Assembly: GCA_964016885.1 (NCBI GenBank)
Contig: OZ024746.1
Coordinates: forward strand, 18,910,001 to 18,974,000
Reading direction: 5' to 3'
DNA from: Eledone cirrhosa
Lineage: Eukaryota
Length of the DNA stretch: 64,000 bases
Part shown: piece after piece, positions 40,991 through 52,320 of the stretch
How the letters are laid out: each line of letters starts with the position of its first letter
Position numbering within the stretch: position 1 is the stretch's first letter
Notes under the pieces: model-generated
Told to the model about the DNA's origin: nothing
Database searches by the model: none
Seen by the model: only the letters and a program-made list of their open reading frames with translations
Position numbers and translations under genes: made by a program

Positions 40991-42014
40991 TATTTAATAC
41001 AAATAGATGAAAATATAAGAATCTAAGCTTTTAAAAAATATGTATTTTAAATTTGCTTGGTCTGGCAGAAGAGGTTGTATCTATGGCCTCCATGTGTATT
41101 AGTAAACTTCTTTACACCAATCAATTGGGTTTATTCATTTGTTTATTTATTTATTTGCAACAGTCTAGGATTCCTATGTTTGTAGCAACAGCAACGTCTT
41201 TCCCACCTGGAACTACTGAGTTTTAGTAATTTCTGGGTACTGAAACATTTTCTTAATGCAATATATATACAAATGTAATCTATATGTATTTATAAAATAT
41301 GACAAGGGAGAAGCAACTTGTAGCATTCTATCTTAACATTATGAGTTCTATAAAGTATAGACTATGACTTCTTAACAGAGGTGACACTAATCTACAATTA
41401 GTCATTTGCCTTAGAAAGCATTGCTAAAGTAGGATTGAAGTTTGAATTTTAAGAACAATAAACAAAACATTACTCATTATGCCTAACAACATCCATATAC
41501 ATCCATTCCAGGTATGTTTTAATAGTGAAAGGGACTGTCTTTTCTCTCTGAATCAACAAACAGAAGAATCCAACAAATAAAGACTTCAATATTTGAAAGG
41601 AAAGGACAGGATAAGGACGTTGTTTTACATTTTTTTTTTTTTTTTGATTTTGACAATTTTGTCTTCTGATAAAATTAGGTGATTATGTTTAAACAAACAA
41701 TGGTTATCAATGGTTATAAGCTGTGCAGCATTTATGACAAGACTAAAAATGCTCATTCTCGTATTTAGGTGTGAAAAGCTTATCTTATTCATGCTAATCT
41801 GCCCCATCTCAAAAAGAAAAATAAGAAATATGAAATAAAAAGAAAAGCCAGAAAATTGCAATTTTATGTATCCTTATCTCCAACAAAGCTCCAGACTATC
41901 TTCCTGAGCAGCTACATTCTCTGACAATTACAAACCTGTTTTGTTTATAAATAGAGAATATTTCTCAGCCAATATCTTAGTGTTACAGACACATTCCAAA
42001 GAAGTCACAGAGTG

Positions 42015-42045
<31 letters not shown>

Positions 42046-43289
42046 AAAGAAAGAACACCAACAGCCTCTCTCAATCTGTGCCAGTTGAAATCCAAATAAG
42101 AAATGTCTAGAGAAGATATAAACACAAGTCTCCAAGAACTGAACAATGAAAATCTTCCACTGCAATACCACTTTTGACTTTCCCTATTAAAATATATTTC
42201 TCATAAATTAGAAGAGAAAGTGGAGTTTATTTCATCTAGAACAGTAAACTTCCTCTTGTTGGGAGGTTAGCTATTTATTTTCTTTGGCAAGAAAATAATA
42301 AGTTAAAAAAGATTCCCGTGAAAAGAAAAAAAAAGTGTGGAATTAAAAAAAAAGTAATTTTGTCATCAGAGGTGTTAGAAGTAGTTAGTATGCCATAAAG
42401 TATAATGTTAACTGGAGTAAAGAAACAACAAACCAAACATACAAGGAAAATAATTGTATGATTAATACCACATGTGTGATGACTTAATTGTATGATATTC
42501 AGAAAGGGTTAAAGAAAGGTTTTCTACTGCTACAATTATGTATAAACCCAATAATATAGGACAATACATTAAATCATATTTGATTTGAAAAATAGGATTG
42601 TTAAATAAGGTTAAATATTGGTTAATGTCAAGGGCTAAAACATTTGCTTGAGAGGTGGGGGGGGGGGGGGGGGTCTCTGAAAATCTGCTGTCCAGTTCTC
42701 CCGAGGGTTTCTTACCATCAGTTTAAATATTGGTTAATGTCAAGATTAGGTTGATCTCTATACAGTAAAATAGACAGAGGTTGATGAAGGGATACAGAAA
42801 TTGAAATATCAGTGTAAAACAAACTGGGTGGTGACTTGACAGTTATAGCAAGGTGGCGAATTGGCAGAATCATTAGAACGTCGGATATAATGTTTGGTAG
42901 TATTTGTTCTGGTTTAAATCCTGCCACGGTCAACTTTGCTTTTCATCCATTCTATATCCTTCTCTGGAAGAAATCTGCTTTGTTCAGACCTGGAGAGGAG
43001 ATGGACTCTGCCAAGCCTAAAATGCCCCCAAAACGCTGTATGCTACTAAGGCATTCCTATGGCTCCATCAAGAGTTATGGGACCATACTACACCCCACAG
43101 TATAGGACAAAATACCTTGCAGTATTTGTCCTAGCTCTGGGTGCTCTGGGTTCAAATCATAAAGCGGTCAACTTTGCCTTTCATCCTTTTGAAGTCAACA
43201 AAGTACTGGTTCCATGGTTGGTGGATTCACACAATTGTTTGAGCATCGGGCAAGATACCTAAACTCTAATATAATATCAAGAAAATAAT

Positions 43290-43530
43290 CTATGACTGCA
43301 TTGGTATGGACCTGTAATGCACATGGATGATGATTACTGGGTGAAGAAGTGCCAGGAAATCCTAGTGGAAAGAAGTTGCAGTAGAGGTAGACTAAAGAAA
43401 GTCCTGGGCAGAGGTGGGGAGAGCTGACTTCAAATCGCTGAGACTCACAGTGTAGATGAGTGGAGAGATACTGTGCTGAAAAGGACCCATTCAACAGATG
43501 CAGGCATGGAAACACGATGATGATGATGTT
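43290..43530 (+). mobile_element. Decayed RTE 3' fragment
   Basis: LHWYGPVMHMDDDYWVKKCQEILVERSCSRGRLKK followed by a (GAT)n tail. Confidence 0.85.
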
Positions 43531-43957
43531 TCAAACAAATAAATCACTTAAATAATTCTCAGAAGAAAAAAAATATATATTCTTGTGAATTTTGAAATTA
43601 GAATGAATGAACTTTCAGGATTTCACGATGGCTTTCAACCAATAAGTTAGATTTGAATCCAGAAACGTATAAACACTTCTTTATAGAATGTTGACAGTTT
43701 ATTTTATTTGTTTCAATAAATGCAAAAGTGATAAAGTTTTAGATGAACTAATTTTGGCTGGACCTTTAAAAAAAAAGTTTGTTTCAAAATTCTGTCCAGT
43801 TGAATTTTAATTTAATATTAAAAATAAACTTAAATATACTTTTATTTAACATGTGGCCGATTTTAAACAGTTTGACTCGATTTTATTTGAGATCAATTTT
43901 ACTTTTGATTTTAATTCAACTTAGAATGCATAAATTATTAATAATATATAGTATATC

Positions 43958-44141
43958 TATGAGTGTGGGCTGAAAAGTTCATAGGATTGATGCTAGAGCT
44001 GTGGAATCTTGCATACATTAATTTCAATTCTCCTTTTTAATAACTGCATTGTTCCAGGGTCTATGTTGAAAAATAAACCTCATTTGATCATTCCATGAGA
44101 GTATCTTGGTCAGCCTTTAAACTTTTCAGCTGACCCTTGTA
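43958..44141. mobile_element. Mariner-type MITE
   Basis: TA-tgagtgtgggctgaaaagttcatagg ... cctttaaacttttcagctgacccttg-TA terminal inverted repeats. Confidence 0.78.
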
Positions 44142-44976
44142 ATTTTATTAGATGGTAGTTACCAATAGATGTAACTAAAAATCATATATTATAAATTCCT
44201 TTAAAGACTACAATCTACATAGTTGACTGATTTAACCCTAAATGACGTGAAGTTGACCCTTCACATCATTGGAACCCAGAAGTGTAAGTGATCAAACTAA
44301 AAAAACTGAAGCATTAAATCTTAGCACTTACTATCCAATCTTATTTATTTGTTTTGTTTACTGAAAAAGTTATTTCCCCTTGTGTGAAACTAAATCAGCT
44401 GGTTATGTCCCTTGCATAAGAAATATTACATATATCACAAACACACACACACACATAAGAAAGTGTTGTAGTTTGCTTGAATATGAAAATGAAAGTTGGT
44501 ATGTTTAAGAAGCCATTACAATGTAGGTGGGTGTGAAATACCAGGGCAACAAAGTCAGAAAGGAATTAATTAAGAGAGATGAGGTAGAATGCAAAGAATG
44601 GAAGAAGAAAGAAAATAAAAGAACAAGAATGATTGATTATTACCATAGTAATTTATTAGTCCCAATATTTCAGATTTACCATCAATTATCGAGTGGAGGA
44701 GGGGTCCAAGGTGGAAATCAAAGAGAAATCAGAGATTATTTTTCTTGGTCGTTTCTTTTTAACTGCTGTTGTGCTAGGATTTAACCCACACACATGCATG
44801 AAAACACGTGCGAGGGGCTGGCTTGTTGTCAATGTATTGATGTAAGTGTGTATATATATAAGGGTGTAAATGTGTGTAAATATGTAAGTACTCATGTATG
44901 CATAAAAGCTTGTGCCGACAATCGTGTGTATATGTTTGTACTAATGTGCACATTCGATCTGGATGATCGGATTGTG

Positions 44977-45171
44977 CTAGATCAGCCACTGTGTCTCATT
45001 TCTGTCCATTTTGTTATTAACGGAAGGCTCTAGTTCCTTAATCAGAAGGACTACCTTGATTTGCAGGGGGGCTAAACTGCGTTCTGTGACCAGGAATAGT
45101 GGTGGTTATATTCTTATCTCCGTCCTTGCATTTGAGGATGTACTGTGGAACCACAAGGCATTAGTGGTGAT
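44977..45171 (-). mobile_element. Penelope-like element remnant, C-terminal half of GIY-YIG endonuclease
   Basis: Continues across the RTE TSD with one frameshift: VPQYILKCKDGDKNITTTIPGHRTQFSPLQIKVVLLIKELEPSVNNKMDRNETQWLI*. This resembles the PLE ending L.IKEAL.I....P.LN. Confidence 0.72.
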
Positions 45172-45476
45172 CATCATCATCATCATCATCACCGTTTTAC
45201 GTCCGTTCTTCCACGCTAGCATGGGTTAGACGGGTTGTCCTGTTGTGGGCAGTGTCTGGTCGGCTGACCATGCCTTGCTCATACAGGAACTGATCTGGCT
45301 TGATTTCTACAGCTGGATGCCCTTCCTAACACCAACCTCATTTACAGTGAGTGCTGGGTGCTTTTTCGTGGCGCCTACACGTCCACTTTACAGTGTGGGC
45401 TGGGTGCTTTTTTGCCGTGGCACCTCCACGACCACCTTGCGGGGGGGGGGGGGGGGGGGCATATTGTTTATATGCT

Positions 45477-47607
45477 TCAGCATGTACCCATGGGAGGTCG
45501 GGTACCCTGTATTACTGCGTGACGCCAGAAGTCACGGTCGTGTGTCATTGACTTTGAGAGGTGTAGTTGGGTAAGGTCGGCTTTTATCACCTCATCCCAA
45601 GTCATCTTGGGTCTCCCCACTCCGCGGTTTCCATCAACTTCTAGTGCTCTGCACCTTTTTATGCAGCTGGCATCCTTCATACGCATCACATGTCCATACC
45701 AGCGTAACCGCCTCTCCTGCACGCAGCATTTGATTCCTCTTATGCTCAGTCTCTCTCTCAATTCATTTATGCTTTGTCGTTCGCGTATATTACTGTTACA
45801 CATCCATCGGAGCATGCAGGCTTCGTTTCTCTCTAATCTACGTAAGTCTTCCACCTTCAGCGCCCAGGTCTCACTACCATGCAACATCGCTGTTCGGATA
45901 CACGCATCATACAGTCTGCCTTTCATTCTGAGGGAGAAGCCTTTTGCAGCTAGCAGTGGTAGTAGTTCCCTAAACTTCTTCCATCCCGTTCTTACCCTAG
46001 TTATTGTACTTTCTGAGCACCCACCTCCGTTGCTAATTCGGTCACCTAGGTAGCAGAAGCTGTCTACTGTTTCTACAGGGCCCTCCCAGAGATTGGTGGT
46101 ACTTGTTTCCTGTGGCTGTTTGCTTGCTGTTTCAGCACAGCTGCTGCATGTGAATCCTACATTCTTAATTAAGCTTCCTGAGATCCCGCTACATCTCTTG
46201 TGTACCCATTGTTTGCATTTGGGGCAAAGAATGGAGTTCCTACCTACACCTTTCCTACATACTGAGCAAGGCCATTTCCCTGAGGGGATCTGGGTTCTGT
46301 TTTCTCGTCTACTTATAAGGACCTTAGTCTTTGTCATGTTGACTTTGAGGCCCTTTCTCTCTAGTCCCTGCTTCCAGGTTTGGAATTTATTCTCTAGTTC
46401 TACCATAGATTCAGCTATGAGTGCGAGGTCATCAGCATACAGGAGTTCCCATGGGCATCCGGTCTTAAACTCCTCCGTTATTGCCTGCAGGACTATGATG
46501 AACAGGAGAGGGCTAAGAACAGAGCCCTGGTGGACCCCAACCTGTACGCTAAATTCCTCGCTATACTCATTGCCAATCCTAACTTTGCTGACTGCTCCCC
46601 TATACATGGCTTGTACCGCTTTCACAAGCCATTCATCTACTCCTAGTTTTCTAAGAGCCCACCAGATTACTGCACGTGGAACTCTGTCAAAGGCTTTCTC
46701 AAGGTCGACAAATGCCAAGTAGAGTGGCTTACTTTTAGCTAGGTACTTTTCCTGTAATTGCCTCACAAGGAAGAGCGCATCAGTGGTGCCTTTCCCTGGA
46801 ACAAACCCAAATTGCATCTCGTCTATATTCACCCGGTCCCTAATCAGCTGTGCTATAACTCTTTCTGTTACTTTCATGACCTGGTCCATCAACTTTATAC
46901 CTCTATAGTTTCCTCTATCTAGTGCATCGCCTTTACCTTTGTAGCAGTTGACAATGATGCTACTGCACCAATCTTTTGGTATGGCCCCCTCTAGTATTAC
47001 CTGGTTAACGATACGTGTGGTTATAGTGTGACCTACAGACCCAGATGCCTTCAGCATCTCGGCAGCTATACCCGATGGACCGGTTGCCTTCCCTATCTTC
47101 ATATCTCTGATTGCCTTACTTACTACGCTGCCGCTGACTTGTACTGCTGGTCCCTCTATAGGGTCTACGTGGGGTAGGGTCTCTTCTTCCCATGCATTCT
47201 CCTCATTTAGTAATCTATCATAATGACTCTTCCATGCATCTTTCTTCTCAGCACTTGTGAGGGCAAGCTCACCTTTATCATTCCGGATACACTTCTCTCC
47301 AATGACATCACAACTATCTCTGACACACTGCCTCGCAATCTTGAATACCTCCTGTTTCTGGTCCTCACGTTGTAAAACATGCTTGAATTTTCTATCCTCT
47401 GCTTCCCTCCTAGCTAAGTATACTTGTCGCCTAGCTTCCCTCTTGGTCTCTATGTAATGTACCCTGCTCCCCCCGTTCTTCCATTCTTTCCATGCCTGTC
47501 TCTTGGCCTTGACTGCTTCATCTACCTTATTGTTCCACCACCAAGTCACTCTCCTCCTGCTTGAGGTCTTACTCCAGCCACAAACCTCATCCGTCGCCTC
47601 TAGTAAG
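45477..47607 (-). CDS. RTE ORF, C-terminal part: reverse transcriptase with embedded PHD finger
   Basis: Motifs YRGIKLM, QFGFVPGKGTTDA, FVDLEKAFDRV, GVHQGSVLSPLLF, LLYADDL, FCYLGD and the RTE C-terminus RRLRWYGHVMRM...GRPKMTW. The frame is open upstream of the listed start (NLLEATDEVCGWSKTSSRRRVTWWW). Confidence 0.95.
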
Positions 47608-48600
47608 TTATTTTTTTTTTAGGAACTCCCAGTTCTCTTCTACGTTAAATGTCTCTATCTGTTCTTCTTTACTGTCGTAGGCGTTGAGTAAAATATCTTT
47701 AAATCTGTTACTGGTTGAGGGGACTTTCAGCTTCCAGATCTTTCTTCTCCAGGTTGGCCTCTGTTTCAGGGCTCGTCTAGTTCTGACCGTGAGGTCGCTG
47801 ACAACTAAGCTATGTTGGGATGTACATTCCTCACTAGGGAAGGCTTTTGTGTTTACGACCGTCCATCTGTCACGTCCTCTGATGAGAATAAAATCTAACT
47901 GACTAGAGTGCTCCCCTGATCTATAGGTGATCAGGTGGTTGTCGGGTTTTTTAAAGTTTGTGTTACATATCGACATGTCATTGGCGTCGCAGAATTCTAG
48001 AAGTCTGAATCCTTCCTCATTCCTTGTGCCAACTCCATGGCCTCCATGTACTCTATTGAAGCCGTCGCAGTGTTTACCTACGTGTCCGTTAAAATCTCCT
48101 GCAATGATTAGGAAGTCCTTGTCGTCTGTTAGAGCAGTAGTGTGTATTAGGGACTCGTAAAACCTATCCTTAAGTTCGTCTGGCAGCCCCGATTGGGGTG
48201 CGTAAGCTGATATTATTGTGGTAATTGTCTTATTCAGGACTAGTCTGAGTTTAATGATTCTTGCATTTACCCTGTACACTGAGATTACTTTATCTACCCA
48301 CTTGTCAGCTAATAGTATACCTACACCACCCATCCCATCGTCATTTCCCACCCAGAAAAATTTGTAGCACTGGCTTTTTCCTACAAGGACTCTAGCAGAC
48401 CCTCCTCTCCATCTAGTCTCTTGCACACAGCATACATCAACTTCCTTTCGCTCTAGCATTTCTACGATTTCTCCTGCTCTTCCTTTCATTGAGCCTACAT
48501 TGATGGTACCAACTCGGAGTTTTGGGCATTTGTCGACACTCGTAGGGGAGGGTCTCTGGGTTGGCGCTTCACGTGGGTGCTTGGTAGCTCGCAGATTCAT
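47608..48600 (-). CDS. RTE ORF, N-terminal part: apurinic-like (APE/EEP) endonuclease
   Basis: Motifs GTINVGSM, VCCVQET, ISAYAPQ, IAGDFNGHVG, SQLDFIL, SQHSLV. Ends at CT-A10-TAA; one fewer A would continue in frame into the RT. Confidence 0.93.
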   Translation of the reverse strand: MNLRATKHPREAPTQRPSPTSVDKCPKLRVGTINVGSMKGRAGEIVEMLERKEVDVCCVQETRWRGGSARVLVGKSQCYKFFWVGNDDGMGGVGILLADKWVDKVISVYRVNARIIKLRLVLNKTITTIISAYAPQSGLPDELKDRFYESLIHTTALTDDKDFLIIAGDFNGHVGKHCDGFNRVHGGHGVGTRNEEGFRLLEFCDANDMSICNTNFKKPDNHLITYRSGEHSSQLDFILIRGRDRWTVVNTKAFPSEECTSQHSLVVSDLTVRTRRALKQRPTWRRKIWKLKVPSTSNRFKDILLNAYDSKEEQIETFNVEENWEFLKKK

Positions 48601-48843
48601 ATTTCATCTATTGATTCAGAGTTGCTCGTGTATTCCCAGCTCATCCATCCATAACGGTGGGAAAATTGAGGGCTAGAAGGACAGTGGTGGTGGGGTAATG
48701 GCAGGGTGTGTTGGGATGCGCCAGAGGAGGAGAGAGTTAGTTAGGCAGGTAGTAGCAGCAGCAGCAGTGGAAATGGCATGCTAGGTTTGATTGGTCGAAT
48801 AGACTATGGTGGTGTGTGGGGGTGGGGGGGAGGGAAATTGTGA

Positions 48844-49662
48844 GGTAGGAACTGAGGGTCGCATGGTAAATATCCAAGTTAATACTACATCAGTAAAATT
48901 AACAATAATAACGTCATGAAAAAAGCTACTAAGAGAAACCCTCGAAAATTTATCGCTAATACAGCAGGGAAAATTTAACGCTAATACAGCAGGGAACATC
49001 ATAATATTAACGACATGAAAAAGCTACTAAGAGAAACCCTCGAAAATTTATCGCTAATACAGCAGGGAAAATTTAACGCTAATACAGCAGGGAACATCAT
49101 AATATTAACGACATGAAAAAGCTACTAAGAGAAACCCTCGAAAATTTATCGCTAATACAGCAGGGAAAATTTAACGCTAATACAGCAGGGAACATCATAA
49201 TATTAACGACAATATGTAGGCTAAAATACCTTCGTAGATTAGGTGGATGGCTGGCTGGGAAAATTTGAATCAGCTCTACTGGTACATTTTAGCAGAGAAG
49301 AATGGCAAAGTGTCTTATCTCTTCAATATTTTCAGATTGAATGAATTAGGTTAAAGACAGGGTAGTAAGCCTTAAAGAAGTGCATAGAGGGGGGGGGGGG
49401 GGGTAGGAACTGAGGGTCGCTTGGTAAATAACTGAGAGAGATACAATAGGATTAGAATACCGCATGGTAAATATCCAAGTTAATAAGTTAATACTACATC
49501 AGTAAAATTAACAATAATAACGTCATGAAAAAAGCTACTAAGAGAAACCCTCGAAAATTTATCGCTAATACAGCAGGGAAAATTTAACGCTAATACAGCA
49601 GGGAACATCATAATATTAACGACATGAAAAAGCTACTAAGAGAAACCCTCGAAAATTTATCG
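48844..49662 (-). repeat. RTE 5' region tandem ~98-bp monomers (3 + ~1.4 copies) within a larger duplicated block
   Basis: Unit catgaaaaagctactaagagaaaccctcg...atattaacga starts at 48915, 49014, 49112, 49524 and 49623, with a 25-bp internal subrepeat. The lead-in ggtaggaactgagggtcgc occurs at ~48843 and ~49402. Confidence 0.9.
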
Positions 49663-50215
49663 TGATGTATTCTTTTATTCTGCTGTGCAGTGATAAAAAA
49701 ATGCTGCCGATGTAGAATTGACTGCACTCGTTACATTCTAGCCAGTATACTATATAGGCATGCAGGCAACAGTTAGTGCTGTGGATGTAGAATTGACTGC
49801 ACTCGTTACATTCTAGCCAGTATACTATATAGGCATGCAGGCAACAGTTAGTGCTGTGGATGGAGCAATTGACTGCACTCGTTACATTCTAGCCAGTATA
49901 CTATATAGGCATGCAGGCAACAGTTAGTGCTGTGGATGGAGCAATTGACTGCACTCGTTACATTCTAGCCAGTATACTATATAGGCATGCAGGCAACAGT
50001 TAGTGCTGTGGATGGAGCAATTGACTGCACTCGTTACATTCTAGCCAGTATACTATATAGGCATGCAGGCAACAGTTAGTGCTGTGGATGGAGCAATTGA
50101 CTGCACTCGTTACATTCTAGCCAGTATACTATATAGGCATGCAGGCAACAGTTAGTGCTGTGGATGGAGCAATTGCACAGGGAGCATGTGTTCTCTTTGA
50201 TGAGGGGCTGTCTTT
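49662..50215 (-). mobile_element. Penelope-like element remnant, N-terminal half of GIY-YIG endonuclease
   Basis: With the tandem array collapsed to one unit, the minus strand reads TCSLCNCSIHSTNCCLHAYIVYWLECNECSQFYIGSIFLSLHSRIKEY. This matches the PLE pattern VY..C..C..FYIG.T...L..R..EH. Confidence 0.8.
49716..50175. repeat. 76-bp tandem repeat x6 derived from PLE GIY-YIG coding sequence
   Basis: aattgactgcactcg starts at 49716, 49791, 49867, 49943, 50019 and 50095; units are near-identical. Confidence 0.95.
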
Positions 50216-50230
50216 TCGATATATATATAA

Positions 50231-50390
50231 ATATTTATTTTATTAAGGCTAAATAGTGAGTCTTGTTCCTCTGGAGTTTCGCCTATTTACCAGAGGGTCA
50301 TCAGACGAGTTCTTGTCTGATGACCCTGTGATAAACAGGCAAAACTCCAGAGTAACAAGACACACTATTTAGCCTTAATAAAATGAATAT
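50231..50390. ncRNA. Inverted repeat with two decayed minimal type I hammerhead ribozyme motifs (PLE terminal repeat)
   Basis: + strand 50311-50360: UCUUGU-CUGAUGA-C CCUGU GAUAA ACAGG C-AAAA-C UCCAGAG UA-ACAAGA, with stems I, II and III pairing and GAAA changed to AAAA. The minus-strand copy keeps CGAAAC but has GUA changed to GGA. Confidence 0.65.
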
Positions 50391-51860
50391 TAAAACTCTA
50401 CTTCAGTATTGAGAACTCCTTTCTCTCAGCTGCCAACTACATATGGACACACACACACGTGTATGTATGTGTGTAATTATGTATGTGGTATTCATAAGAT
50501 TAGATAGAGTATACAAATAAAATAGGGTTCACAAAACCGAATAAGTGTTTTCTAAGATGAGAATTTTTAAAGTTATAAGCATAGTCTTTTGTCTAAGCCG
50601 ATGTCGTCTATTTTACTTAGTATTTAGTATTTATGTGAATGCCTCAATTAACATAACAAAATTAATTTGAAGGTATTCAAGTTGGTATTAAAAATTGTAT
50701 ATTTCAAAGAAAAAAAAAAATGGCTTTTGAAGAATTTTAAACAATAGTATTCATCATATTTTATCTCATTCCTACTGAATCTAAAACACACTTGACCTCA
50801 TCCAAAAACTCCATACGTCATTTTTCAAATAGGATATGCCAATTATTATTTGGGCTTTGTAATAAACACATGTACACTCCTACTTCAAACAAATTCATAT
50901 ACATCACTAACCCCAATCTGCATTATGTATTGATCAAATTTTCAATAAAATCTTTTTAAGTTAAATAAAATATAGGGGCAGCAGATTTTTAACTAGTGAA
51001 TTATCTTTCAGAATTGTACCTCTTTGCAAGGGATCTGAGAGTATATGTTTAGGTGGATTGTGTGTGTGTGTGTCGGGGAGGGGGGGGGGGGGGGTGAATT
51101 GCATTGTGATTATTTTTTTTATTCTATTACCTGTTCCAGCTGAAAGGTTGAGGCCATGCTGGGGTACCAACATTGTCATGATAGCCATTTAAAATAGAGA
51201 AAAAAGGAAATTATTATCCAACATATTCAGATGTCATAGCCAAGGATGCTTGTGTTCACATTCAGGACCAAGCTACAGCCATGAATGATGTGGAGATCTA
51301 TCGTTGAATCTATTTTGGGCCGAGGTTGCTGCAGGATGATGATGATTGCTGTTTACAGCTAAATTCTACTCTTTACATCACTTGCTCAAACTGTCGTGTG
51401 TATACAGTACATATTTCCTCAATCATTGCAGTTGAGATGTCTTTAAACTACCACAGTTATGCTTTATCCCTATAACAATATAGATTTTAGATAAACAATT
51501 CAGTAAATTTTGAACTGTTTAAATAGATTTTAAGAACAACAGTGAATATCAAATGATCAATGGGAACAGTAACATCCGTAATCTGATGAATAGTAGTTAA
51601 AAAATAGTTACATAAGAAATGCAACTCTACTGTAATTAGCATTTGCCACAAAATGTCTAATTAACCACAAATATCTAAATACATCATCAACATTTCAACA
51701 CAGAAATTTAACACCATCACAAAATTATTATCATTCTCATTTGACATAATTATTTCACTTGATAATCAAAAATTTGAAATGAAGTAACTAACTGCCACTA
51801 ACTTTGAGAAATGCCACATGGTACTTCATGGTCAGCCTTTGTATGATGTAGTGAACAGTA

Positions 51861-52320
51861 CAGGGTGAGTGGAAAGAACAATATAATGGTAGAAGTACAG
51901 TACAGAGTTAAAATTCTACATAGGTACCAGTGTTATCCTCCAGTGCTTGTAATCATCTGGGTATATCATGACTGACCTCAACAGGAACTCAGGTGGTATG
52001 TTGGTCAGTATATGATGAATGCATTCCTCCAACTGAATCAGAGTTTTTGTTTTGAGCTATAAACTCCGTCCTTCACCCAGCCCCGCAGGAAGAAATTGCA
52101 TCGTGTTGTCAGGATTTCTTGCTGGCCATTCATGGGAACCTTGAACGACCTAGCCAACATCTTGGAAATTGGACATCAAGCCACTCATGGACAGTGTGTG
52201 CAAGTTGGGGAGGGGCTCTATCTTACATGAATATAAGGTCATTGATGATGTCCCAAGTGGTCACATTAGGCCAAAAGTTATAAGTAATTTTCAATAGGGA
52301 GTTTCTTTCCACCTACCCAG
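51861..52320 (-). mobile_element. Internally deleted Tc1/mariner-superfamily element with TIRs and TA TSD
   Basis: TA-cagggtgagtggaaagaac ... gtttctttccacctacccag-TA. Minus-strand frames give HEWLDVQFPRCWLGR, HEWPARNPD and CNFFLRGWVKDGVY. Confidence 0.85.

Larger units (their letters stand above)
45172..49661 (-). mobile_element. Near full-length RTE-clade non-LTR retrotransposon (LINE)
   Basis: APE and RT ORFs, ~300-bp 3' UTR ending in an (ATG)n tail ((CAT)n on + at 45172-45190), and ~1 kb 5' region with tandem monomers. GTGAT is duplicated at 45167-45171 and 49662-49666. Confidence 0.95.

Noticed and set aside
41936-42180. Possible minus-strand non-coding exon ending CAG|GTTTGT
   Set aside because: Weak donor, no ORF and no supporting evidence.
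45607-48160. Plus-strand ORFs overlapping the RTE
   Set aside because: Antisense shadows of the RTE coding frame with no recognisable motifs.
48600-48850. HDV-like ribozyme in the RTE 5' UTR
   Set aside because: Known in some RTEs, but no nested double pseudoknot could be identified by eye.
49716-50175. CRISPR-like regular array
   Set aside because: Head-to-tail identical units with no spacers, derived from PLE coding sequence.
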